Assembly (NCBI GenBank): GCA_003141915.1
Contig: PLNY01000361.1
Coordinates: 4,765-42,372, forward strand
DNA: 37,608 nt
Reading direction: 5' to 3'
Source of the DNA: Anaerolineae bacterium
Lineage (GTDB): Bacteria; Chloroflexota; Anaerolineae; Anaerolineales; Villigracilaceae
The notes beneath the pieces are model-generated. The model worked only from the letters and a program-made list of their open reading frames with translations. It was not told the origin of the DNA and did no database searches. Made by a program: the position numbers and the translations under genes. Shown here piece after piece: positions 17,097 through 26,157 of the stretch. Within the stretch, counting starts at the first letter, position 1. Each line of letters starts with the position of its first letter.

Positions 17097-17477
17097 ATGA
17101 TGAAATATTGGGCTGTTTTCTTCGGCGTGTTTATGGTTGCTATCGTTGCGTTGGCAGATACAGGACATCTCGGAAAGTTGTGGCTCATATATAGTTTTCC
17201 GGGCGGACATTGGGTGGGACATTTCGTTCTATTTGGACTTCTTGGTTTTGTGATCGAACTTAGCCTTTTTGAAGAATATCCATCCTCTGATCGAAAAAAG
17301 CTTGTAATCGCCACAGGTCTGATCGTTGCGCTCTTTGTTGGAATTGAGGAATTCTCCCAACGATTTCTTCCTACCCGTCATTCCAGTCCGCTTGATTTCT
17401 TTTTCAGTTGCTTTGGCATTGCATTTTTCTCCTGGCTGGCAATCCGTCTTAAACGAAAAGCGCCGTTTCAAAACTGA
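17097..17477 (+). CDS. VanZ-like family membrane protein
   Basis: 126 aa with 4 TM segments. GIEEFSQRFLPTRHSSPLDF resembles the VanZ E-x-x-Q-x-F-x-P-x-R...D motif. Confidence 0.6.
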   Translation: MMKYWAVFFGVFMVAIVALADTGHLGKLWLIYSFPGGHWVGHFVLFGLLGFVIELSLFEEYPSSDRKKLVIATGLIVALFVGIEEFSQRFLPTRHSSPLDFFFSCFGIAFFSWLAIRLKRKAPFQN

Positions 17478-17491
17478 TTTTAAAAATTGGA

Positions 17492-18310
17492 ATGCCTTCC
17501 AAATTTCCTTCCAAAAAACCAGAGGGACAACTGACGCGCGGCAAGACGGCATCGAATCGACTCCGCCGCGTGGACAATTTCATTTTGCTTTATGAACCGT
17601 CGCTTCTCACGCGGACCGATAACGGATTCAGTGATTCTTTATTCGTTGACCTCGGCTATGGCTTCGACGCGCGCACCACACTCGAGTCTGCATTGCGCTT
17701 TCGACGCGTGAATCCATCGCTGAAAATCATCGGCGTTGAAATTGATGCGGAAAGAGTCGCGGCTGCATTACCTTATTCCGATGACAAAACTTTCTTTCGC
17801 CTCGGCGGATTCAATTTGCCGTTGAAGGAAGGCGAAACCGTCCGATTGATCCGGGCTTTCAATGTGCTTCGTCAATACGAAGAAAAGGATTTCATTCCCG
17901 CCTATGAACGACTCGCACAATATGTTCTGCCCGGCGGCTTGATGATCGAAGGCACGTCTGATCCGTTTGGAAGGATTTGGTCGGCGAATATAGCGCGGAG
18001 AATGGATAATGGATCATGGAGGATGGAAGCGTTGGTCTTTAGCACCAACTTCCGTTCGGGGTTCGACGCGGAAGAATTCCAAACGATCCTGCCCAAGAAT
18101 TATATTCATCACGTCTTGCCCGGCGAAACGATCTATGATTTTTTCACAGCATGGAAACGCGCCGCGGCAGAGACCACTTCCGTCAAAGTCTATGGACTGC
18201 GACCATGGTTTGAAGCATCTGCTCAGGCCTTGGCGCGCAATGGATATTCGATCAACTTGCAAAAAAGATTCTTGAACAGGGGCTGGTTGATTTGGTATTT
18301 GGGAAAATAA
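17492..18310 (+). CDS. Class I SAM-dependent methyltransferase-like protein
   Basis: 272 aa. VDLGYGFDARTT (motif I-like), KIIGVEID (motif II-like) and IRAFNVLRQY. I do not recognise the specific subfamily. Confidence 0.55.
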   Translation: MPSKFPSKKPEGQLTRGKTASNRLRRVDNFILLYEPSLLTRTDNGFSDSLFVDLGYGFDARTTLESALRFRRVNPSLKIIGVEIDAERVAAALPYSDDKTFFRLGGFNLPLKEGETVRLIRAFNVLRQYEEKDFIPAYERLAQYVLPGGLMIEGTSDPFGRIWSANIARRMDNGSWRMEALVFSTNFRSGFDAEEFQTILPKNYIHHVLPGETIYDFFTAWKRAAAETTSVKVYGLRPWFEASAQALARNGYSINLQKRFLNRGWLIWYLGK

Positions 18311-18426
18311 AGCTCTACTACAGGCAAAGCTCGGATATTCGTTCTTGGAATAAACTACGTTTTACTTCAGGATATATTGTATGGAAGCCAACAAGATCCT
18401 ATCGACAAGGTTTATATGACTTTTGC

Positions 18427-18455
18427 TTGACATGTCTTCTGCATCCTTTTACAAT
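18427..18455 (+). promoter_or_regulatory. Near-consensus sigma70-type promoter upstream of the TIR pseudogene
   Basis: TTGACA (18427-18432), a 17-nt spacer, then TACAAT (18450-18455), 22 nt upstream of the ATG at 18478. Confidence 0.5.
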
Positions 18456-18477
18456 CTTTGAAAACAGACGGCTTTCT

Positions 18478-19097
18478 ATGGATGATAAACGTCTTCTCCG
18501 TGTATTTATTTGCCATGCCCTGAATGACAAACCTCCAGCTAGAAAACCATATCAACAATTAGTAGCTGATGGTATAGATGCTTGGCTGGATGAGGAAAAC
18601 TTTTACCTGGCCAAGATTGGCAATTAGAAATAGCGAAAACGATTCGACAAGCAGATGCAATCATAATTTGTCTTTCAAAAAAATCCATAACAAAAGAGGG
18701 TTATGTTCAAAGGAAAATAAAGTTTGCGCTAGACGTGGTGCGTGAAAAGCCTGAGGGTATAATATTCCTAATCCCCGCTTTATTAGAAAATTGTGTTGTT
18801 CCAGAGAGATTAAGCCGCTGGCAATGGGTTGATCCCTCTTTGGATAGGTGGGGGATGAATCAGCATGGATATGAAAAACTATTGCGTGCCCTTAAAATAC
18901 GTTCTGATTCCATTGGCGCAAATCTAATTCAACTAAAATCAAATGCAGAGAATTCGCTAAGAGTTGCCTGTTTGGGGGCCTCCGGGCTCTGGAAAAACCA
19001 CTTATTTAACAAAATAAAAAAGCATGGCTTTGATTTTGAAAGCGCCCCGCTGCATCGTCCTTTGAGTGGATGCCTCACCATCGCACAGCCATCGTGA
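18478..19097 (+). pseudogene. Decayed TIR-domain / P-loop NTPase gene (frameshifted and 3'-truncated)
   Basis: Frame A (18478-18627) reads MDDKRLLRVFICHALNDKPPARKPYQQLVADGIDAWLDEE... and stops at 18625. The -1-shifted frame is open from 18594 and continues LLPGQDWQLEIAKTIRQADAIIICLSKKSITKEGYVQRKIKFALDVVREKPEGIIFLIPALLENCVVPERLSRWQWVD, a TIR_2-like layout. A third frame at 18976-19014 reads GPPGSGKTTYLTK (Walker A). The breaks coincide with an A4 run (18596-18599) and a G5 run (18974-18978). Confidence 0.7.
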
Positions 19098-19237
19098 TAA
19101 CGTTGCTCCGATGTTCCTTTCTTTGGACGGGCTTTCATCCCTCTTCGGGGAAGATGCGAGTACGATATCACACAGAGCAGGGCACTCGGTATCTGCGACC
19201 CTCGAACACTGTGCCGCGCTAGAAACAACCCTATAAA

Positions 19238-19624
19238 TTAAGAGCTTGTTGATCGCGGCAATAGTTTGATAGTAGCGGCTCGTGCATCACTGCTCAGAAT
19301 ATGGTCTACGCTTGATGGGTAGCGCCGGTATTTACTGCGATAGGCATGATCTATCTGTTCATTGATTTCAGGAGCGGACTCCTCCACGAAGGTAACATCT
19401 TTATCCGCGCCGCCCGCTCGGACGTGCCCTTCGTGGCGCACTTGCGCGCCGCGGAACCAGGCGGCGGTGCGCCCGTTAACAGATCGGACATAGAGATCGT
19501 CGCCGAGTCGGACGACCCAAATCGTCACCGGGTTTCGCAACGTGCCGTCGCGTCGGAGTGACGCGATCTGCAACTCTTCGGCTTTTCCTATTTTATCAAG
19601 TTCATCGCTTGTCCATGTAGTCAT
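19238..19624 (-). CDS. DUF2255 family protein
   Basis: 128 aa. MTTWTSDELDKIGKAEELQIASLRRDGTLRNPVTIWVVRLGDDLYVRS matches the DUF2255 pattern as I recall it. Confidence 0.65.
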   Translation of the reverse strand: MTTWTSDELDKIGKAEELQIASLRRDGTLRNPVTIWVVRLGDDLYVRSVNGRTAAWFRGAQVRHEGHVRAGGADKDVTFVEESAPEINEQIDHAYRSKYRRYPSSVDHILSSDARAATIKLLPRSTSS

Positions 19625-19639
19625 CGAACACTTCCTTCT

Positions 19640-20674
19640 TTAGAACTCGATCATAGCCTTGATCGCCTTGCGATCATTCATTGCTCGATAGCCATCCGGC
19701 ACCTGGTCGAGGCGGATAACTCGATCAAAAACTCGGCCTGGTTCGATCCGTCCTTCGAGAACATCTGGTAATAGTTCTTCAATATACGCACGGGCCGGGG
19801 CGGGACCGCCGGAAATGGTGACATTATTAAAGAATGTTGGTATCACTGCCGGCATCACCTCGCTCTGGGGAACTCCAACACGGCCAACCGCACCACCCGG
19901 ACGCGCAATACTGAGTGCGGTCAGCGTAGACTCTTCATAGCCCACACACTCAAGCACAGATTGCACGCCCAAACCTTTGGTCAGTTCGCGCACGCGCGTA
20001 ACTGCTTCTTCTCCACGCTCACTGACAATATCTGTTGCGCCAAATTCTTTAGCGAGGTTAATTCGGTCGGCATGACGATCTAAAAGAATAATCTGTTCAG
20101 CGCCGAGACGTTTCGCAGCGATAACTCCACATAATCCGACTGCGCCACCGCCAACCACTGCCACGCTCTTGCCCGGGCCGACTTTGGCAGCGAGAGCTGC
20201 ATGGTGACCGGTTGCCATTACATCGGTCAAAGTAAGAAGCGAGGGCATCAACGCATTATCTTTTCCGACCTGCAAGGGGACGAGTGTGCCATCCGCCTGA
20301 GGGACGCGCACCGCTTCGCCTTGTCCGCCATCGAGCTTGGTACCGCCCCAGAAACCTCCATGCAAGCATGAAGTCTGCAATCCTTCCTGACAGTAAATGC
20401 AGGTTCCATCCGACCACGCAAACGGCGCAGCGACGAGATCGCCAACCTTGATTTTGCGGACATCCGCGCCGACCGCTTCAACAATGCCGATGAACTCGTG
20501 TCCCATGCGGTTGCCGGTTTCGCTTGGTCCCATTTTCTTGTATGGCCAGAGATCGCTGCCGCAGATGGCGGCGCGGGTAACAACCACGAGGGCGTCAGTG
20601 GGTTCGATCAAACGAGCATCAGGGACATTCTCGACACGGACATCCCCAGCGCCATACATGATAGTTGCTTGCAT
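19640..20674 (-). CDS. Zinc-dependent alcohol dehydrogenase family oxidoreductase
   Basis: 344 aa. CGSDLW, GHEFIGIVEAVG and a GGGAVGL Rossmann motif are present. Confidence 0.85.
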   Translation of the reverse strand: MQATIMYGAGDVRVENVPDARLIEPTDALVVVTRAAICGSDLWPYKKMGPSETGNRMGHEFIGIVEAVGADVRKIKVGDLVAAPFAWSDGTCIYCQEGLQTSCLHGGFWGGTKLDGGQGEAVRVPQADGTLVPLQVGKDNALMPSLLTLTDVMATGHHAALAAKVGPGKSVAVVGGGAVGLCGVIAAKRLGAEQIILLDRHADRINLAKEFGATDIVSERGEEAVTRVRELTKGLGVQSVLECVGYEESTLTALSIARPGGAVGRVGVPQSEVMPAVIPTFFNNVTISGGPAPARAYIEELLPDVLEGRIEPGRVFDRVIRLDQVPDGYRAMNDRKAIKAMIEF

Positions 20675-20704
20675 TTGAATTACCTCATTGCTTTCTTTTA
20701 TTCG

Positions 20705-21103
20705 TTATTTTGCTTTATATTGTTCGTCGCTGACATGTTCCATCCAATCAGCGGACTTGCCATCCACTTGTTCCACGATGGAGATATGTGTCATCGCTGT
20801 GGTGGGTGCGGCGCCATGCCAATGTTTCTCACCTGGCGGACACCAGACTATATCTCCTGGCCGGATTTCCTCAATGGGCCCATCCCAACTTTGTACGCGC
20901 CCGCAGCCTGCTGTCACGATCAGGGTTTGACCCAGCAGGTGAGTGTGCCATGCTGACCGAGCACCGGGTTCAAATGTCACACTGGCACCGGATGCGTGCG
21001 TATGGTCATTCGGTTGAAATAGTGGGTCAACCCGTACATTGCCGGTAAAATTCTCAGCTGATCCTTTCCCCGAAGGCTGGGAGCCATTTCTTTTAATTTC
21101 CAT
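20705..21103 (-). CDS. Cupin domain protein
   Basis: 132 aa. The cupin motifs are [20 protein letters not shown] and [17 protein letters not shown]. Confidence 0.8.
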   Translation of the reverse strand: MEIKRNGSQPSGKGSAENFTGNVRVDPLFQPNDHTHASGASVTFEPGARSAWHTHLLGQTLIVTAGCGRVQSWDGPIEEIRPGDIVWCPPGEKHWHGAAPTTAMTHISIVEQVDGKSADWMEHVSDEQYKAK

Positions 21104-21119
21104 TTTTTAAACTCCTTTA

Positions 21120-21707
21120 TTACCTTGTAAGGTTTTGAAGAATCGTTGGCACAAAATACAGTATGGGAACGATGAAAAAGCATGCCAGGGATAAATACAC
21201 ATTTACAAACGCCAGGACAATCGATAACCCATAGAGTAGGATCGCAGGCAGACTATGTCTCGGCCCTAGAGCTTTGGATTGTTCCGCTTTTATGAGCTTG
21301 GCATGGCTTGCGTAGCTCCTGAACCCGTAAAAAGTCAGCGCTAAGAAAAGTGAGTTCACACCATACAGAAGGATAGGAAACAGGTCAGTCAGGTGATCAC
21401 CTAGCATGGCAGTTGGAAAAATCAAGAAGCACAACCATAACAAGAAAAAATTATTCAACCAAACGAGTCCAACTGTGACGCGTTGGAGATGGCTGAAAAA
21501 ATAATGATGACTCACCCAATGGATACAGATCATCACAAAAGTCAGTGCGAAACTGATCACGTTGGGAAGCAGCGGCGCCATTGCTGCAGCATACTGACCC
21601 AAGCTGGAATGATCTGGGGCGTTTGGCACGTGCAATTCGAGGATGAGTAAGCTCAAAACTATTCCAAAAACGCCATCACTGAAGGCTTCAAGTCGATCTT
21701 TTGACAT
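21120..21707 (-). CDS. TMEM175/DUF1211 family potassium channel-like membrane protein
   Basis: 195 aa. The N-terminal RLEAFSDGVFGIVLSLLILE is the family hallmark. Six TM segments are present. Confidence 0.75.
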   Translation of the reverse strand: MSKDRLEAFSDGVFGIVLSLLILELHVPNAPDHSSLGQYAAAMAPLLPNVISFALTFVMICIHWVSHHYFFSHLQRVTVGLVWLNNFFLLWLCFLIFPTAMLGDHLTDLFPILLYGVNSLFLALTFYGFRSYASHAKLIKAEQSKALGPRHSLPAILLYGLSIVLAFVNVYLSLACFFIVPILYFVPTILQNLTR

Positions 21708-21737
21708 CTCCTCATTCCTTCTCGTTATACAAGTCGC

Positions 21738-22730
<993 letters not shown>

Positions 22731-22744
22731 CTAAACTCCTATTC

Positions 22745-23128
22745 TTACTCTATCTGAACGGTGCCTTTCTCTTTCGTCAGAACCGCGTTTTCATACACAT
22801 CAATTTTGTGATCCAACAAGTCCAGCGTTTTTTGCATTTCTTTCATCCTGGCTGCCAGCAACTCGCGCTGTTCTTTCAAGATTTCCTTTCTGGCTTCGAT
22901 GGTCTGGTCGCCGCGCTGCACCAGTCCGACATACTCGATCAGCACTTCAACGGGAAGTCCCGCGCTCCTCATGCACTTGATGAATTCAACCCGCCTTAGA
23001 TCAAGTTCGTTGTAATCTCGGATGCCGCTTTCATTTCGTTTGACTGCTTGGATGAGTCCGATGCGTTCATAATAGCGCAGCGTATCGGTGGAAATGGCAT
23101 ATCGTTCACTGACTTCCGCGATTTTCAT
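22745..23128 (-). CDS. MerR family transcriptional regulator
   Basis: MKIAEVSERYAISTDTLRYYERIGLI is an HTH followed by a C-terminal coiled coil. A GAGGTGA RBS precedes the ATG at 23128. The track ORF to 23155 would run into the -10 box of the predicted promoter. Confidence 0.85.
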   Translation of the reverse strand: MKIAEVSERYAISTDTLRYYERIGLIQAVKRNESGIRDYNELDLRRVEFIKCMRSAGLPVEVLIEYVGLVQRGDQTIEARKEILKEQRELLAARMKEMQKTLDLLDHKIDVYENAVLTKEKGTVQIE

Positions 23129-23145
23129 AACTTCACCTCGGGAAC

Positions 23146-23176
23146 AGTGTATCACCTGGAGTTAGCTCCAAGTCAA
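23146..23176 (-). promoter_or_regulatory. MerR-type promoter with 19-bp spacer and palindromic operator
   Basis: The - strand reads TTGACT-tggagctaactccaggtga-TACACT. The 19-nt spacer contains the palindrome TGGAG-CTAA-CTCCA, and the element lies 17 nt upstream of the merR-like ATG. Confidence 0.6.
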
Positions 23177-23491
23177 GGGTTTTGATGAAACTATAACGAG
23201 GGTTTAAGCCTGTTCTTGCAGTAATATTCCCACTTTTTCATTCTATATAAACCATAGACAGGCTTTTTGAAAACTCTGCAACATGCGTAAAGATGAAGAA
23301 AATAAATTCCCAAGATTTGCCTCTTGAAATTTTGAAAAACTCCCTATACGTATATCAATAGTGCGCGGGGTTTTGTATTTATCGGTTTCCAATTCAATTC
23401 ATTACAGGTAAAAGACAACTTCAGGCGGCTCCAAGGACTCGTCCAACGAGTTTCTCCCAGACATCGGAGGTCTATCGAAGTGTTTGGCGGA

Positions 23492-23690
23492 GTCAAGGGA
23501 AGGCTCAGCGAGTTCAAGGAAACACGGAGTGAGTGCAAGGAAGCGCAGAGCAACTGCAAGGAAGCGCAGAGTAAGTGCAAGGAAGCGCGGAGCAAGTGCA
23601 AGGAAACGCAGAGTAAGTGCAAGGAAGCGTAGAGCAACTGCAAGGAAGTCCGGAGTAAGTCTAAGGAAGAGCGGAGCAAGTGCAAGGGAT
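23492..23690. repeat. Tandem 21-bp repeat array (~9.5 units, consensus TGCAAGGAAGCGCAGAGTAAG)
   Basis: Units start at 23492, 23513, 23534, 23555, 23576, 23597, 23618, 23639, 23660 and 23681. The central units are 85-100% identical by eye. Confidence 0.9.
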
Positions 23691-24030
23691 TACTCGGCAG
23701 CCGGAAGGGAGAATTCCCCGATGGTCAAATGTAAGACATTTGACCCTTTGCATAAGTCTGCAAAGCAAAGGCTGAATCAAAATCTCTGCCGCGAATTACA
23801 CGAATTCGCACGGATTTTTAAATAAATCGCAGCATCACCCGAGAAAGCAGCGGTTACCCGCCTCGACGACTTTGCCGAGATACAGGTCAATCACATGATC
23901 CGCGAGGCGTTCGGTTTGGATACCCCACGGACGCTTAAGTGCAGCAATTCTTTGGGCACGGTTCCAGGAGGATGCAACCCCAAAAAAATAACGTGTACTT
24001 TCCAAACGCTTACCACTAACCACTAAGCAG

Positions 24031-24102
24031 AGCGGGAGACGGGATTCGAACCCGCGAATATCAGCTTGGAAGGCTGACGCCTTACCACTTGGCGACTCCC
24101 GC
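24031..24102 (-). tRNA. tRNA-Gly (anticodon UCC)
   Basis: The reverse complement folds as a cloverleaf: acceptor GCGGGAG/CUCCCGC, anticodon arm UCAGC-CUUCCAA-GCUGA (UCC), T-arm GCGGG-UUCGAAU-CCCGU, discriminator U. CCA is not encoded. Confidence 0.93.
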
Positions 24103-24111
24103 AGCGCAATG

Positions 24112-24140
24112 ATTTTACCGTGAGCCACATCTTCGGTCAA
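24112..24140 (-). promoter_or_regulatory. Candidate promoter of tRNA-Gly
   Basis: The - strand reads TTGACC, a 17-nt spacer, then TAAAAT, ending 9 nt upstream of the mature tRNA 5' end. Confidence 0.5.
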
Positions 24141-24153
24141 GCAGTGATGACAT

Positions 24154-24200
24154 GAGATTGCCACGTCGCCTGCCCTTCGGGCGGCTCCTCGCAATGACAT
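24154..24200. repeat. Single unit of the GTCATTGCGAG...GGCAATCTC repeat family (reverse orientation)
   Basis: The sequence is GAGATTGCCACGTCGCCTGCCCTTCGGGCGGCTCCTCGCAATGACAT. Confidence 0.75.
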
Positions 24201-24222
24201 CAATTCCTGATATGATGACCTT

Positions 24223-24888
24223 ATGACTTCAGATGATTTCAAGGACAAAGTGATTTTGATCACCGGCGCGGGAAAAGGAAGCGGGCGCGCGCTGGTCGAA
24301 GCTTTTGCGGCGCGCGGCGCGCTTGTAGCGGCCAATGATATTTCACCGGTCAATCTCGACCCGCTGGCGGCTCAACCCAACGGAACGATCAAAACCTATG
24401 TGGAGGATATCGCCAAGAAAGTCGGCGCGCAAGCTGTCGTCAAACAAACCGAAGATGATTTTGGAAAGATCGATATTCTCATCAATCACGCCGCGGTCGA
24501 GCCGCGCGTTAATTTGCTGGATATGGATGAATGGGACTGGCATCGCGTTCTGGATGTGAATCTAACCGGCGCATTCCTGATGACTCAATCCGTGGGGCGC
24601 GTGATGAGGGAAAAAGGTTCGGGCGTAATCGTCAACTTGATTATGGCGAGGCCGCTCGATGCGGGGAGAGAAGCGGCGTATCTCGCCAGTATGCATGGAT
24701 TGATTGCATTCACGCGCAGTGCAGCGGATGAACTCTTGTCGTTTGGGATTCGCGTTCATGCGGTCGGCACGGGATTGAAAGAATTTCAACGCGTCGACGC
24801 AGGTGTTCCGAACAATCTCGTAGACGCCGTGTACTATTTGTGCCGTAATGAATCGTTGAACGGACAGATTGTCAATGTGGAGGCATGA
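24223..24888 (+). CDS. SDR-fold (short-chain dehydrogenase/reductase-like) protein, possibly atypical
   Basis: 221 aa. The cofactor motif ITGAGKGSGRA is present. The active-site region reads AAYLASMHG instead of Y-x-x-x-K. Confidence 0.7.
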   Translation: MTSDDFKDKVILITGAGKGSGRALVEAFAARGALVAANDISPVNLDPLAAQPNGTIKTYVEDIAKKVGAQAVVKQTEDDFGKIDILINHAAVEPRVNLLDMDEWDWHRVLDVNLTGAFLMTQSVGRVMREKGSGVIVNLIMARPLDAGREAAYLASMHGLIAFTRSAADELLSFGIRVHAVGTGLKEFQRVDAGVPNNLVDAVYYLCRNESLNGQIVNVEA

Positions 24889-25352
24889 TGGAAGAGTTAG
24901 TTGAATATCGCAGGCAATTGATGGATCGGTTACCCGCCGCGGCAAAAGAATTCCGCACGGCATGTCTCGCGGTGAAAGATCCGTTTGCGCCGATTGAAGA
25001 TGGATGGAATGTGCATCAATTGGCCGCGCATACGCGTGACGTGGATAAGACGCTCTACGGCGCCCGCGCCCGCCGCACCATCCAGGAAGATAATCCTGAA
25101 TTTCAAAGCTTCAACGGCGACGCGTATATGGCCGGGCATTATGATCCAAAGGAATCACTGCGCGTGATATTGGATGATTTGGTTTCAAGCATCGAAGAGT
25201 TGACCAAAATGTTGCGCGGCTTGTCGGGCGAAGCCTGGGCAAGAGAGTCGCATCATGCAACCCAGGGCGGCGGCCTGACGCTTCAGATGTGGGTCGAGCG
25301 CAGTCTCAAACACATCGAGGAACATTTGGCAACGGTGAAGAAGGTGCGATAG
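24885..25352 (+). CDS. DinB-family (DinB_2-like) protein
   Basis: 155 aa. A 4-helix-bundle-like pattern carries His residues (WNVHQLAAHTRD ... SLKHIEEHL). The start overlaps the SDR stop by 4 nt (ATGA). Confidence 0.6.
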   Translation: MMEELVEYRRQLMDRLPAAAKEFRTACLAVKDPFAPIEDGWNVHQLAAHTRDVDKTLYGARARRTIQEDNPEFQSFNGDAYMAGHYDPKESLRVILDDLVSSIEELTKMLRGLSGEAWARESHHATQGGGLTLQMWVERSLKHIEEHLATVKKVR

Positions 25353-25357
25353 CAAAT

Positions 25358-25496
25358 GTCATTGCGAGCCCCGCGTAGTGGGGCGTGGCAATCTCATATT
25401 TTTGTTCAAGAGATTGTTTGTAGGTTACCGAGATTGCCACACCGAGAGAACACAGTGCTTCGTCGTGGCGCTTAGCATCACTCCTCGCAATGACAT
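25358..25496. repeat. Composite inverted copy of the GTCATTGCGAG...GGCAATCTC repeat family between convergent genes
   Basis: Unit 25358-25395 (GTCATTGCGAGCCCCGCGTAGTGGGGCGTGGCAATCTC) faces unit 25430-25496 (GAGATTGCCACACCGAGAGAACACAGTGC...CTCCTCGCAATGACAT). Confidence 0.8.
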
Positions 25497-25509
25497 CCAA
25501 AGTTAACGG

Positions 25510-26136
25510 TTACCAAAGCGGGAAATGAATGAATGCCGCGAGCCACATCAGGAACGGCTGATGAACTTGCAGAACGATCCATCCCATCAAAATGCCGACG
25601 ATGAAACCTGCCACGATATCGGACACATAATGGACTCCCATCGCGACGCGCGCCAGCGAAACCAGCGGTGCCCAAATCCATAAGATCAACGCGAGCCAAC
25701 CGGGGCCCAAACCGGCCGCGACCATCGCGATCATAAATGCGCGCGCGGCGTGACCGGATGGGAACGAATGCGGATCGGTGTTGCGATAAATGCTTCCCCA
25801 CTCGCCTGCGGGCCGCCTTCGGCGAATGATGAATTTGAGAGACATCACCAGCGCGGCTAATATCGAAATGCCGATCAGTTCAATAATGGCCCATTGCTTC
25901 CAGAAGGAATTTCCAAACCACCATAAAATGATCAGCGCCGCGCCCCAAAACCACGAGTCGCCGGAATGGGCGAAGAAGATGGCGATGTCGCGCAGCGCGC
26001 CCGGCTTTTCAGCCACGCGCAATTGATCCGAAAGACGAGCATCGAGTTTGAGCAGAGAAGTTAGATTCATGGGCCTTTCAAAAAACATATCACTCTGAAA
26101 CGATAAGCCTTTCGGGCTTTTATCCCAGAGTGACAT
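25510..26136 (-). CDS. PAP2-superfamily phosphatase (membrane)
   Basis: All three PAP2 motifs are present: KFIIRRRRP, PSGH and SLARVAMGVHYVSD. The start is uncertain (alternatives at 26088 and 26070). Confidence 0.85.
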   Translation of the reverse strand: MSLWDKSPKGLSFQSDMFFERPMNLTSLLKLDARLSDQLRVAEKPGALRDIAIFFAHSGDSWFWGAALIILWWFGNSFWKQWAIIELIGISILAALVMSLKFIIRRRRPAGEWGSIYRNTDPHSFPSGHAARAFMIAMVAAGLGPGWLALILWIWAPLVSLARVAMGVHYVSDIVAGFIVGILMGWIVLQVHQPFLMWLAAFIHFPLW

Positions 26137-26157
26137 GTCGAGATAAAGATTGATTCG

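Noticed and set aside
23344-23825. Two overlapping 113-aa ORFs on opposite strands (Leu-heptad and Arg-rich heptad proteins)
   Set aside because: Both are by-products of the 21-bp (7-codon) repeat. They have TTG starts and no RBS, and their ends run into other junk repeats. They are kept only as a caveat in the repeat finding.
23835-24353. 172-aa minus-strand ORF
   Set aside because: It overlaps the tRNA-Gly gene, the GTCATTGCGAG-family repeat unit, and the 5' end of the well-supported SDR gene on the other strand.
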